Notes: a model not told the origin generated them from the letters alone. Positions 42,364 through 52,434 are shown, numbered from the whole stretch's first letter. The stretch: 52,796 nt of DNA, filler included, from Stramenopiles sp. TOSAG23-3 (GCA_900128585.1; 4 parts of 4 records of this genome joined end to end with filler, not necessarily neighbours in it); one strand, 5' to 3'. Program-made: numbers and translations.

Positions 42364-42430
42364 TACTTAAATAACAGCCAATTTTCTTGTTTAAACTATA
42401 TTAAAACATACTAATATAATTTGTTTTTTT
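42364..42430 (-). repeat. Motif A followed by partial motif B
   Basis: TACTTAAATAACAGCCAATTTTCTTGTTT, then TTAAAACATACTAATATAATTTGTTTTTTT. Confidence 0.9.
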
Positions 42431-42464
42431 AATCATAACTTTACCAAGACATCTGGGCAGTTCG

Positions 42465-44237
42465 TCACGACATTTTCTTCCATGCCTCCTTCGTCAACTT
42501 TTTCTGTTCGTCCCGGTTCCCCGTCCGTCTCACCAACCTAGTCATAACGGCAAGAATATCTTCTGCCTCCCAACCAAATGCCCTTTTTGCAGCAGTTGAG
42601 CTGAACCACCATGATGTACTCAACAGATCAAGAACGGGCCGATTCAAGTGCGGGTTATAGAGTAAAAAGCTTGAACTATTGTAGACTTGCTCTCCCCAGT
42701 CCGCGGCTTCATAAGCCTCCAATTTCGAGACGCATTTTGGCACTGGTTGCCCCCACGCAGTCATTTCGGGAGTCGACAGTGCATCTAATGGCTTGTCTTC
42801 CCAATCTACTTCCAGACCAAGAAATCGCCTCACCGTTATGGGCCTCCCCCCTGTAATAAAAAATGATTTCGAAGAAACTTTGCGGTCGTTCAAAGCAACT
42901 GCTGCCTGTACATGGGCTCGCGAAACACACTCGACGTGGACAAAATCGACAATATTATTTCCATCGTCAATCATATAAGTTTGGGATCCTTCCAGCATAG
43001 GTTGTACAATCTTTCCGTCCTTTTCACCAACAACCATAGAAGGTCTCAGGCAAACGGCGTGAAACCATTCGTATTCTGCACAATTGTCTTTTATGTACGC
43101 TTCCACCATTAGTTTTAATTTTGCATCGTAATCTATTGATTTCAGCTGAAGTTCACCATCCCTTGGCGCCAGCTTTGAGGCTATTCTGTCAAGTCCTGTT
43201 GATGTTTCTTTGACAGAGATATCGTTCGACGAAACAATGTTACTTTCTGGTGATGTTGAATCTAGCGATTCAGTGGCAGGGCTGCCGGTTCGTTTCTGTG
43301 CAATAGAGTTAAACGCAACAATCCGCTCCATGCATTCTTCTTCAGTTTCACCGTCTATGGATTTGCCAGAGCCCCGGCAGCATAAACCAACAGAAGCACT
43401 CGAAGTAAAAACTAGCCGTTCGACTTTTGCAGCGATGCAACTGTCCACTACGTTCATTGCCCCCATCCCATTTATTAATGTCATGTCGTCCTCGACATGC
43501 TCAATAGACGGATTTAAGCCAGCTGCGTGAAATACAACACCAGGGGGGCGTCTACACCTCCGTAAATGCCGAGTTTCCTCGGTATCTAAAAGCCCCTCTT
43601 GTTGTGTGTCATAATTCCCGTCATAGTCATCCCCATCAATGACCGCGTCATCGTCCTCTTCAATTATCAATTCACTTCTATCCCATCTATCATTAATGCG
43701 CATAACCCGATCAAGGTGATCGCGTACTGTTATGGTCCCCCGAACATAAGTTATTCTTGGATCACGCTCCGACTCCTCTGGAATTTCTACGTCAAACACT
43801 ATCACTTCGTCCGAAAAGGCAGGGTCGTGAAGCAGTGCCATAGCAATTGCTCGACCGATAAACCCATTCCCCCCTATCACAAGCCAGCCTTGCCGGTTTT
43901 CTATTCCCAAGGGGATATTTGGAGCCTTTCCGTGTGTAGACTTTTTAGCACGTCGTCGTTTTTTGGCTTTTTTCAGATCTAGTAAGCAACTGTTAGACCC
44001 GCGGTATATTTCAAAAATCGTTTCGGACGCGTCGTCGGCCGTTGACTTTAAAAACCTGGTTAAACGATAGGCTCCAACAACTAACGCAACCAAAATTATT
44101 AGACAGGCGACTGCAAATTTTAGTACGAGAAACTTTGGGATTCGGGTTATGCTGCCTGCTTGAGGACCCGCCCCCTGAAACTCATGTTCGTTTAAAGGGT
44201 CGCTGTAGGACGAACCGGAAAAATACCCTTCGGACAT
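42465..44237 (-). CDS. 3-beta-hydroxysteroid dehydrogenase/NSDHL-like extended SDR with an N-terminal TM anchor
   Basis: GGNGFIG Rossmann motif, VFHAAG, LVFTSSASV, LRPSMVVGE and DFVHVECVSRAHVQAA motifs. First ATG is at 44237. Confidence 0.85.
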   Translation of the reverse strand: MSEGYFSGSSYSDPLNEHEFQGAGPQAGSITRIPKFLVLKFAVACLIILVALVVGAYRLTRFLKSTADDASETIFEIYRGSNSCLLDLKKAKKRRRAKKSTHGKAPNIPLGIENRQGWLVIGGNGFIGRAIAMALLHDPAFSDEVIVFDVEIPEESERDPRITYVRGTITVRDHLDRVMRINDRWDRSELIIEEDDDAVIDGDDYDGNYDTQQEGLLDTEETRHLRRCRRPPGVVFHAAGLNPSIEHVEDDMTLINGMGAMNVVDSCIAAKVERLVFTSSASVGLCCRGSGKSIDGETEEECMERIVAFNSIAQKRTGSPATESLDSTSPESNIVSSNDISVKETSTGLDRIASKLAPRDGELQLKSIDYDAKLKLMVEAYIKDNCAEYEWFHAVCLRPSMVVGEKDGKIVQPMLEGSQTYMIDDGNNIVDFVHVECVSRAHVQAAVALNDRKVSSKSFFITGGRPITVRRFLGLEVDWEDKPLDALSTPEMTAWGQPVPKCVSKLEAYEAADWGEQVYNSSSFLLYNPHLNRPVLDLLSTSWWFSSTAAKRAFGWEAEDILAVMTRLVRRTGNRDEQKKLTKEAWKKMS

Positions 44238-45109
44238 CCTTCGCAATGGGTGCAGCTCACTATTAAAAAAACAGTTGGCCCTCCTTTGGAACTGGAGAAG
44301 ACTAGTCGTACTTCAACTCCTAGCTGGAACAAGCGAGAGTGTACATGACCAAAACTACTGGTCTAATTACATTTTTTACAGTGAGCACCCATGTGCGCGT
44401 TGTTATTATTCACCCTTTGTGTATTCAAAAGAAGGCCTTCTAAGCTTTTATCATCGGAATTGTCAACAGGATAGAAAGAAAAAAAGAAGAAGAAGAAGAG
44501 AGGTAGTAGAACCAACAACAACCAACTGCTTCGGTGTTTTTGTTGTTACTGTTTTGCTGCTGTTGTATGTATTATAGGACAGTTTTTTAAAAAATATTAT
44601 AGTAGTGCTGTGGTAAAGGTATTTTGTTGTATACCGTAGCAACAACGAAGAAACACAAGGATCTCCTCCTCCCTCCCTCCTCCTCCGCCAGCCTTACGAG
44701 GACGTATTATATAATATAATATATATTAATAATTATATATAATAATTTTACTATTAATAATACTACTTTTCTACTCTACCGAAAAAATGAAAGAAGAAGA
44801 GAGAGAAAGAAGAAAATAATAATATAATTATTATTTCTTTATTATATTATCTACACAAATAAAGTAATTGATAAATGAATGGTCCAATCCAATTCAGGTA
44901 TTAACTGTAATTACTTACTCTTAGTTTTGAAGATGAACGGAGTTAGCTTCATTGTCTCGTTCAATTCACAAATTATTGCAACGCGAGTCATTCCAAAATC
45001 TGCTGGAGTGGAGCTACAGAGGAGTGTGAAGTAAGTGTCCGTCTGAATTTACTTTGGCCTCGGGGGAAAACTGGTATTTTACGGGTTGCCCATATACTAG
45101 TAGGGAATA

Positions 45110-45256
45110 ATGTCTTTTCTGAATTATCTGAAACATCATAAATGGAAATTTTTGTTCACAGTGCAAGGGTTCGCAACAATTGGTTTGTTGTATAACAGAC
45201 ATCAGGCAATGGAAGTTCAAAGGATGCGGAATATAATTCGGGAGCGTTCGGAATAG
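45110..45256 (+). CDS. Putative 48-aa small single-pass membrane protein
   Basis: Manual translation MSFLNYLKHHKWKFLFTVQGFATIGLLYNRHQAMEVQRMRNIIRERSE*. It sits in a less AT-rich island and is preceded by a candidate 5'-UTR intron (GTAAGT at 45031 to TAG at 45100 or 45103). Confidence 0.45.
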   Translation: MSFLNYLKHHKWKFLFTVQGFATIGLLYNRHQAMEVQRMRNIIRERSE

Positions 45257-45486
45257 TATTTCCTCACCAGAATAAACTTGTCAGTGTGCGCGAGGTAAAA
45301 CCAGGTAGGTGCACGTATCTTTCGGACACGGAAAATGCCAAGGCTTGGTTTAGTCTTTCTCAACCATTAAGATTCATCATTATCGTATTCAGGAGATTAT
45401 GATATGTAGATAGATGGAAGTTGGCTTTCGTAGATTTGTAAAATGGATAATAAAAATGTTATTACTCTCGTTCATTTTATTGCTTA

Positions 45487-48099
45487 TCACCGATACCTTT
45501 CGGGGGTCGAAAACCTAACGCGCCTGCGGTTTTGTCGAATAACTGGGTTAACATCCGATTCCACGCCACTGCTGTCGTCTTCGCTGGAGCTCGATGAAGA
45601 GTCGCTTAAACCTTCAAAATCAGAGTTATTGCTGTGCCATATTATTGGTTGCTGTCTGGCTCGACGCGCTGGGCTTTGAATGTTTTGGGCAGGGGCGTCC
45701 ATTCCCTCTGATGGATACATGCTCGCGCCTGCACCCTCCTCAGCAGGGAGCATTTTTTGAAGGCTCGGGTCGTCTGCGGCAAGCTGTTGATTACCCGAAA
45801 GTTCACCGTTGTCTGCCACAGGATTTTCCTGTCCTTCAGACTGTTCGGAAGGAAACAGTACGCGATCTGTGCATTCATGGTCCACTTTTTTTTCTCTGGC
45901 TCCAAAACACTGTTCTTCGTCATCTTCGCAGAAGCCTTCTTCACCCGCAGAGGATGAGAAATCATCAAGAACCTCTTGACTGCCCCGAAAAGATTCTGGA
46001 ACCCCTTCCTTTATTTGGCTTGCCGGGGCCTCTAAATTTTCTAGCATGCTAGGCTTTTCCTTTAAATTCGTAGCTTCATCATCATCCTCGTCGTCCGACA
46101 AGAGAATTCCTTCCGATTCCATCTGAGACAAATGATCCATCATTTGCGTCCTACGAAGTTTTTCAAAGTATAAAGTGTGCGGGTGATCCGCGCCAATGTT
46201 ACGGTAGGATCCCGTCTTGCATGTTTCTGTCAAAGTGGATATTTTACTACGAATGGTGGCAAAGATTCGCTCCGCCTTACTTACTCGCGTTTTGGAAGGT
46301 TTTGTGTGGCCTCTACATATGTCCGTATCAAACTGTTCGTCGTCGTCGATGTTAGCCACCTCTAAATTTAGTTCCCCTAGTTTGTGGCACAAATGATCAC
46401 AACCAGGAAAGCGGAATAAATGCATGGAAGTGCAACCATCGGCATTTCCTTCTGGGAGCACAATAGTGCCTTCGTCTAATTTTACCAACACAACATCCCT
46501 GCGGGTTTGCAAAAAATTTCGTGGCGCTGACGTTACGCCAACAATCACAGGCACTGGCGCATCAACGCAGGTTATCACTTTTCGAGGTAAGATTGGGATC
46601 ACTGGGCCGGCCCATTTTAATGGTCGCAGAAGGGACTCAAATGCCAATACACAAGCGCTTGCAGTGTACACATTTTTTGAGTAAAATACTATTTTTTGCT
46701 CCAACAATGCGTAGCCCAAAAGCAGCACGAGGCGATCAACAGAAAGTGCCGATAGAAGCACAGGTCCGCCCCACTTCGTCATTGATAGCTCGTCCTCTTG
46801 GACGCCTTGGAATACTTCTATCTCCGCAATACCCGGGCGTTTGTATTCAATATATTCGTGTCTACCGTCGCTGCCAATAATGGACAATTTTGTTCCAATG
46901 TCAGGCACCGAAGTCTTTTGGAGTTTGCGTAGAAAGTCCGTCGTGCTCTTGCTTGGCTTGCCATGGCCAATCTCGGTGTGATTCGATCCTTCCTCGTGCA
47001 AACCGCGTCTAATCGCTGACCAGTGTTCAGCATTTATCATTTTATCTAGCTCAACAATCTCCTCGAGAGCGCTAAAAAACAATTTAGCAAATGGGTAACG
47101 AGATAGAAAACAGTAACAGACACTGATGTTTACGCATTTGGGACCATGAGATCGAGAACTCGGCCTTTCTAATAACCTATGCGTTTGCAGACAGTAACCG
47201 TAAACTGGGGCGTTCGGGTCGCCTTCTACAGCTCCAGATAATTTAAACATGTGTGTATTACCTACTTTGAAAGCAGAAGAGTGTCCGAATAACACGTGAT
47301 TAATTTCTGTTGCCGAGTCGGTCAATCTTACTACCGATGGCTTTACCCCAGAGGGAAAACAAAAATCCTCAACAGACGTTGGCATCGACTCTCGATTTCC
47401 AAATCCGTAAAGAACTTTAGGTGCTATCGGTGAGCGACATTTGGCCAAGGAGATCTTTGAGCCAGGTGCCGCATCGAACGACTCGAATGCCTCAAGTGTA
47501 GGGACACCACAAATAACAAAATTCTCAAATAGTGGACTGATATTAACAACAGTTTTTGGAAATGCCAAACCAGAATCCCATTCAGGCTTGAAAGGAACAG
47601 ATGCTAAAATGCCGGACATTTGCCGTTCCTCTGCTTGGGTCGTCGTTCCAAACGTGGACGGGGACAAGGCGGCGTTGCTATCCATCTTATTCCGAAGAAG
47701 CGTATTGTTGACTGGGGATACTGGCTCGGTTCCCTTGTTCCTTTTACCATCCAATGAGCGAGATGAGCATTGCAATGTTGTAGCAAATTTGCGCCACGTG
47801 TTACAGTCAGCTGTCATTAATTTAAGCGCTTCCCTTTCTTGCTCATACTTATGCTTGTACTCAGCCACACGTCGCCCCAACTCTTTGTTCACCGCAGCCT
47901 CGTTAGCCAGCCGTTGTCGATACTTTTGAAGCTTTTCCCGCAGGCGAGCAATAACCGCTTTGTGACTCTTGTATTTATTATCATCGGCACCCCCCTTCTT
48001 CTTCGCAATGTTGCTAGATCGATGCCTTCTAAATGCCCCACCCCTTTTTTTAGCATCGGAAGCAAGCGCCCTTTGCGCACCGAAAACTTTTGAAAACAT
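45487..48099 (-). CDS. DENN-domain protein (Rab GEF family) with an N-terminal coiled coil
   Basis: LFENFVICG, DFCFPSG, VYGYCL, CYCFLSRYPF, LLEQKIVF, LLRPLKW..IPILP..DAPVPVIVG motifs. Confidence 0.93.
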   Translation of the reverse strand: MFSKVFGAQRALASDAKKRGGAFRRHRSSNIAKKKGGADDNKYKSHKAVIARLREKLQKYRQRLANEAAVNKELGRRVAEYKHKYEQEREALKLMTADCNTWRKFATTLQCSSRSLDGKRNKGTEPVSPVNNTLLRNKMDSNAALSPSTFGTTTQAEERQMSGILASVPFKPEWDSGLAFPKTVVNISPLFENFVICGVPTLEAFESFDAAPGSKISLAKCRSPIAPKVLYGFGNRESMPTSVEDFCFPSGVKPSVVRLTDSATEINHVLFGHSSAFKVGNTHMFKLSGAVEGDPNAPVYGYCLQTHRLLERPSSRSHGPKCVNISVCYCFLSRYPFAKLFFSALEEIVELDKMINAEHWSAIRRGLHEEGSNHTEIGHGKPSKSTTDFLRKLQKTSVPDIGTKLSIIGSDGRHEYIEYKRPGIAEIEVFQGVQEDELSMTKWGGPVLLSALSVDRLVLLLGYALLEQKIVFYSKNVYTASACVLAFESLLRPLKWAGPVIPILPRKVITCVDAPVPVIVGVTSAPRNFLQTRRDVVLVKLDEGTIVLPEGNADGCTSMHLFRFPGCDHLCHKLGELNLEVANIDDDEQFDTDICRGHTKPSKTRVSKAERIFATIRSKISTLTETCKTGSYRNIGADHPHTLYFEKLRRTQMMDHLSQMESEGILLSDDEDDDEATNLKEKPSMLENLEAPASQIKEGVPESFRGSQEVLDDFSSSAGEEGFCEDDEEQCFGAREKKVDHECTDRVLFPSEQSEGQENPVADNGELSGNQQLAADDPSLQKMLPAEEGAGASMYPSEGMDAPAQNIQSPARRARQQPIIWHSNNSDFEGLSDSSSSSSEDDSSGVESDVNPVIRQNRRRVRFSTPERYR

Positions 48100-48551
48100 G
48101 TGGGTTATTTATGTATCACACAGACAACGTCGCGGGCTAGAAAAAGCTTGTTTGTGATGTGAATCTACAACAACAAGAGAACAGAAAACTGAGCAGTTCG
48201 TTTGTTGACGACGTGCGATGAAGAATTATTGAAGTTCGGTTCAGATAGTCAATGATAATTTCTTCCTTCCTGAAGACAATTTTTGATATGCAAGCATGTA
48301 CATTGCCAGCCAATTTGAAAACTTTTGTTCTGTTTTTATTGGTAGTCGTCGTTTTTTGGTTGTTTATTTATTATTATATTTTATGTGTGTTGCGCTTCAT
48401 ATATTCGCCAGCAGTGTGTTGTGTGATGATGATGTTTCATTATTACTTATTACCTACCGCCTCCGCCGTACTCTATTATTTCCACCCTACTACCATGTAC
48501 TCTTTCTTCTTCGATTATTTGAATATGAGAAGAGAAGAGACGCGATTCGTT

Positions 48552-48651
48552 NNNNNNNNNNNNNNNNNNNNNNNNNNNNNNNNNNNNNNNNNNNNTTAAT
48601 TAATTAANNNNNNNNNNNNNNNNNNNNNNNNNNNNNNNNNNNNNNNNNNNN
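48552..48651. other. Artificial contig linker (N44-TTAATTAATTAA-N44)
   Basis: 12-mer at 48596-48607 within a 100-nt N block. Confidence 0.97.
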
Positions 48652-48867
48652 ATTATTTTATATTGAAAAAACAAACCTTTTTTCATTCTTTTTGTTTTGT
48701 TTGGAAACAGTTGATTGTGCAAAAACATATATTAGAGAGAGAAATTGAACCGCGACGACAAACTCATTATTTTTGTTTGTTTGTTTGTTTGTTTGTTTGT
48801 TTGTGTGTTTGTTGTTTGTATCTTTTTGAGGGATAGCGTTATATAATAGACGATTAACATTTCACTG

Positions 48868-49137
48868 ATGTCAGGGACACTCCGCCGTGCGTTTGATGTG
48901 ACCAGCCGGATTTTCAATACGTTGAAAGGTCAATCGGAACGACGTCGTATCATCTATAGTCGTGCAGTCGCAGAGAAGACGTTGAATGAGTTTAGTAACG
49001 TGGCCGCTGAGTCGTTGCAGTTGCAAGGGAAGTTTTTTTATAAGGATTTGGGCCGGTTCACCGTGTCCAAACGTACCGGAAATATTGAGTTTACACCTTC
49101 AAAAGCGTTCCAGGACAAAGTGTTCTCGGACTATTGA
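48868..49137 (+). CDS. Bacterial HU/IHF-like small DNA-binding protein with a presequence-like N-terminus
   Basis: SRAVAEKTLNEFSNVAAESLQLQGKFFYKDLGRFTVSKR..IEFTPSKAFQDKV parallels HU helix 2, the G..V...GFG.F.V..R strands and the terminal F.P.K.LK..V motif. Confidence 0.65.
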   Translation: MSGTLRRAFDVTSRIFNTLKGQSERRRIIYSRAVAEKTLNEFSNVAAESLQLQGKFFYKDLGRFTVSKRTGNIEFTPSKAFQDKVFSDY

Positions 49138-49293
49138 AAAATCTTTCAATCAACAACGCCTGTGATTGATAATGAGTGGTTCGTGGTCAGATTGTTTTTA
49201 AATTTTAAAAAAAGAGTAATAAGGTATTTCTTATTTTTTTAGAAACGTACCATTTCCATGAACAAACAATTGAGATGTTTTAAGGCGTCTCTT

Positions 49294-50262
49294 TTATGGC
49301 AGTTTTATCGTGATCTTTGCAACGGGGGAATGGCCCGAAATGCTCCCAACGACCCCAAACTCTCTCCCACACATCGGGCCACCGTGAAAGTGGTGGATCG
49401 CATTGCAGGCAACTTCCCCACTGCACTTTCCAGGATCCATTTCGATGGGATCCGTCCCAGACCTATCCATGCACCCAAACTGCAGCAACTCTTTCACGTC
49501 TTGGTTCTCCTTAAATGCTGCGTAGAACTCTTCGCACTTTTGCTTCAAACTATTGGGCTGGCCCTTGCACACCGCGCTGCCGGCGGTCGTTGCCTCATTG
49601 CCCAGGAGGCGGCGGCGGAGCTTCGCGCCCGCATGGACCGTCCTCTGCAGCGCGTTGAAGACGTCAATACACATGTCGCATTCTGGGTTGCCACCGACTA
49701 TTTTCGACCCAGCACCGGGCGGCGCAAAGTTCACACGGACCACTCCCCCATTCGATGCAAGCGTGTGCCCGTCAGCGGCCACGTTGCTGTTGTCTCGAAG
49801 CGCCGGCCGTACCGGCCCATAGGCCTTTGCCGATTCGGGAAGGTAATCGGCCCACCCCCGCAGCTTATCGCCGCACATTGGCAGTCCAGTCCTAGCCTCT
49901 ATGATATTGCACGCCAACACGCCGGGGCACTTTCCCTCCGACTTGACCCCTAAATCGTTGCTTCCTACGTTTGCCCCGGTCTTGTCCATGCAGCCGGCAA
50001 GCAGCTTCTTCACGTCCTTGTTATTTACCATCATTTTTGCAAACTCATCGCACTCCGTTTGTTGGTTGTACGGAACGCGCTGGCAGGCTTGGGCCAAGGT
50101 CAGTGCTTTCCCACTTTCCATATCGTTGAAAATGGTTTGGCACATTCGGCAATACGGATTCCCTGGATTGATAAACGTTTCGCTATTTTTTCTATTCGCA
50201 GCATTAGTGAAATGCAACAACAGGCAGACTACAACTGCCACAAACAACAAACGTTTCGACAT
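49294..50262 (-). CDS. Secreted protein with two saposin-like Cys-rich repeats
   Basis: Signal peptide from ATG 50262 (MSKRLLFVAVVVCLLLHFTNA). Two homologous units of the form NP.C.MC..F...C......C.EF.......DVK.LL..GCMD..G...KC.G..ACN.I....PMCG. Confidence 0.8.
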   Translation of the reverse strand: MSKRLLFVAVVVCLLLHFTNAANRKNSETFINPGNPYCRMCQTIFNDMESGKALTLAQACQRVPYNQQTECDEFAKMMVNNKDVKKLLAGCMDKTGANVGSNDLGVKSEGKCPGVLACNIIEARTGLPMCGDKLRGWADYLPESAKAYGPVRPALRDNSNVAADGHTLASNGGVVRVNFAPPGAGSKIVGGNPECDMCIDVFNALQRTVHAGAKLRRRLLGNEATTAGSAVCKGQPNSLKQKCEEFYAAFKENQDVKELLQFGCMDRSGTDPIEMDPGKCSGEVACNAIHHFHGGPMCGREFGVVGSISGHSPVAKITIKLP

Positions 50263-50571
50263 GGTATGATGACGCGAGTGTAAGGTTTTTACGTACACGC
50301 AACGGGTGTTCTTTTGCCAGAGGACTCAAACTGAACTACACACCACCCAAACAAGTATTGTATATTCTTTATTCCTGCCTTGTCGAACTAAAATATGGAT
50401 CCTCACTTTCTCTCTCCCTCTCTCTCTTTTTCACCCTCTCTTCTCTTTTCTCTTCTTCTTTTGATCCCCCCTATATTCGTAAACTCTTAAATTAGTATAA
50501 ATTCCCAGGAGGTACCGCGGGGAAAAGGGAAGAGAGGAAGAAGAAGAGAAAGAAAGAAAAAAAGTGGCGGC

Positions 50572-51025
50572 CTTCTTCTTTCTTCCTCTTCTTCTTTCTT
50601 CTTCTTCTTTCTTCTTTCTTCTTTCTTCTTCTTTCTTCTTCTTCTTCTTTCTTCTTCTTCTTCTTCTTTCTTCTNNNNNNNNNNNNNNNNNNNNNNNNNN
50701 NNNNNNNNNNNNNNNNNNTTAATTAATTAANNNNNNNNNNNNNNNNNNNNNNNNNNNNNNNNNNNNNNNNNNNNTTCTTTCTTCTTTCTTCTTTCTTCTT
50801 TCTTCTTTCTTCTTTCTTCTTTCTTCTTTCTTCTTTCTTCTCTCTTCTTCTTTTGTTGTCTTCTTTCTTCTTCTTCTCTTCTTTCTTCTTTCTTCTTTCT
50901 TCTTTCTTCTTTCTTCTTTCTTCTCTCTTCTTCTTTGTTGTCTTCTTTCTTCTTTTCTTTCTTCTTTCTTCTTCTTTGTTGTCTTCTTTCTTCTTTCTTC
51001 TTCTTTTGTTGTCTTTTTTTCTTCT
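50572..51025. repeat. (TTC/TTCT)n low-complexity tract spanning the third linker
   Basis: Directly visible on both sides of 50675-50774. Confidence 0.95.
50675..50774. other. Artificial contig linker (N44-TTAATTAATTAA-N44)
   Basis: 12-mer at 50719-50730 within a 100-nt N block. Confidence 0.97.
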
Positions 51026-51197
51026 GTTCAAAACAATTATTGTGATTATTCATTCCACTTGTTCCGTGACAGAAGAACCAATCCTATCTTATCCTATCTA
51101 TCTCGATCAACTTTGGATTGAACCAAATTGAACCAGGTCGACTCATTTCATTGTTCTGAACATAATTACAATACCATAATATAAAATTTAGTATAGT

Positions 51198-52220
51198 ATG
51201 CATTCCTACCAAGTCGCCGGGGTTGTCCTGACGGTTGAAGTATCGGTGGCCGTGGCGGTCGCGGCGTTTGTCACGTACTACATATTAAATGCAACGCCGG
51301 TGAAGAAAATCCTTCCGTTTCAATCGAACGGGGCGAAATTTCTCAATAAAAAGCGCCAAAAGGTCACGTTGATCGAAAAGGAAGACGTTACCTGGGACGT
51401 GCGACGGTTCCGGTTCGCCCTGCCAAAGGCCACGCCCGTCCTTGGCCTCCCGTTGGGGAAAGCGATAAAAGTATTTCTCCCGAACATAGCGGTGGGGTCC
51501 GAAGAGTGGAACCCGCGGCCGGAGAGTGCCCGTGGGCCTGCGGTTCCCCGAGACGCTGGAAGCGGGGAAGGGGACATAGACAAGGGCACAGGGGCGTGGA
51601 AACCGGAGATTGTGCGCAAGTATACCCCGTGCTCGTTGGACTGCGAGGAGAAATATTTCGATTTGATTCTGAAGGTCTATTTTAGCGGAAAGAACGAACG
51701 GTTTCCCAACGGGGGGAAAGGCTCGCAGTACATGGACTCCCTGGAGGTCGGGGACTCGTTGGAGCTGCAGGGCCCGTTCGGCCACATTGAGTACTTTGGC
51801 CGTCAGATGTGGAAAAAGTACGGTAAACGGTCCAAGCTGGGCATGATTGCGGGGGGCACGGGGCTGACGCCAATGCTTCAGATCATCAAGGCCGTTCTGT
51901 CCGACCCAAAGGATACGACAGAAATGTCGTTGCTGTTTGCAAACCAAACCGAGGGCGACATTTTAGTACGAGACATGCTCGAAGCGTGGCAGAAGGACCA
52001 TCCGAAGCAGTTCAAAGTGTGGTACACGCTCGACCGCCCCCCGGCCGACTGGGCGTACTCCACGGGGTTCATTAGCGAACAGATGGTCTCGAACCACCTG
52101 CCCAAACCGTCCGACGAGACGCTAATTTTGATGTGTGGGCCACCTCCCATGATAAAGTTTGCCTGCCGCCCGAACTTAGAAAAGATCGGGCACAGCCCAG
52201 GCGCAATGGCCGCGTTTTGA
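51198..52220 (+). CDS. CYB5R: NADH-cytochrome b5 reductase, membrane-anchored
   Basis: N-terminal TM; RRFRFALP..LGLPLG, RKYTP, GGKGSQY, MIAGGTGLTPMLQ, LLFANQTEGDIL and MCGPPPMI motifs. Confidence 0.95.
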   Translation: MHSYQVAGVVLTVEVSVAVAVAAFVTYYILNATPVKKILPFQSNGAKFLNKKRQKVTLIEKEDVTWDVRRFRFALPKATPVLGLPLGKAIKVFLPNIAVGSEEWNPRPESARGPAVPRDAGSGEGDIDKGTGAWKPEIVRKYTPCSLDCEEKYFDLILKVYFSGKNERFPNGGKGSQYMDSLEVGDSLELQGPFGHIEYFGRQMWKKYGKRSKLGMIAGGTGLTPMLQIIKAVLSDPKDTTEMSLLFANQTEGDILVRDMLEAWQKDHPKQFKVWYTLDRPPADWAYSTGFISEQMVSNHLPKPSDETLILMCGPPPMIKFACRPNLEKIGHSPGAMAAF

Positions 52221-52434
52221 GTTTATAAAAAAGACAAATGTTGACCATGTATAAAAATGTGCGGAAAACGTTTAGTTTATCCTTCAGTAATGCACGAATG
52301 TGTGTAGTTTTACCTTTCACGAAATATATTTTTGTCTGGTTGACGTATCATACTTCAACCTTCAATGGACAAAAGGGGCAGATTCATTGTCATGAGGAGG
52401 ATAAATTTTAACACAATACGTAAAATTACTTTTA

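Noticed and set aside
51490-51610. Insertion in the FAD-binding domain of CYB5R as a possible intron or intein
   Set aside because: In frame, with no convincing splice signals or intein motifs; most simply a surface loop.
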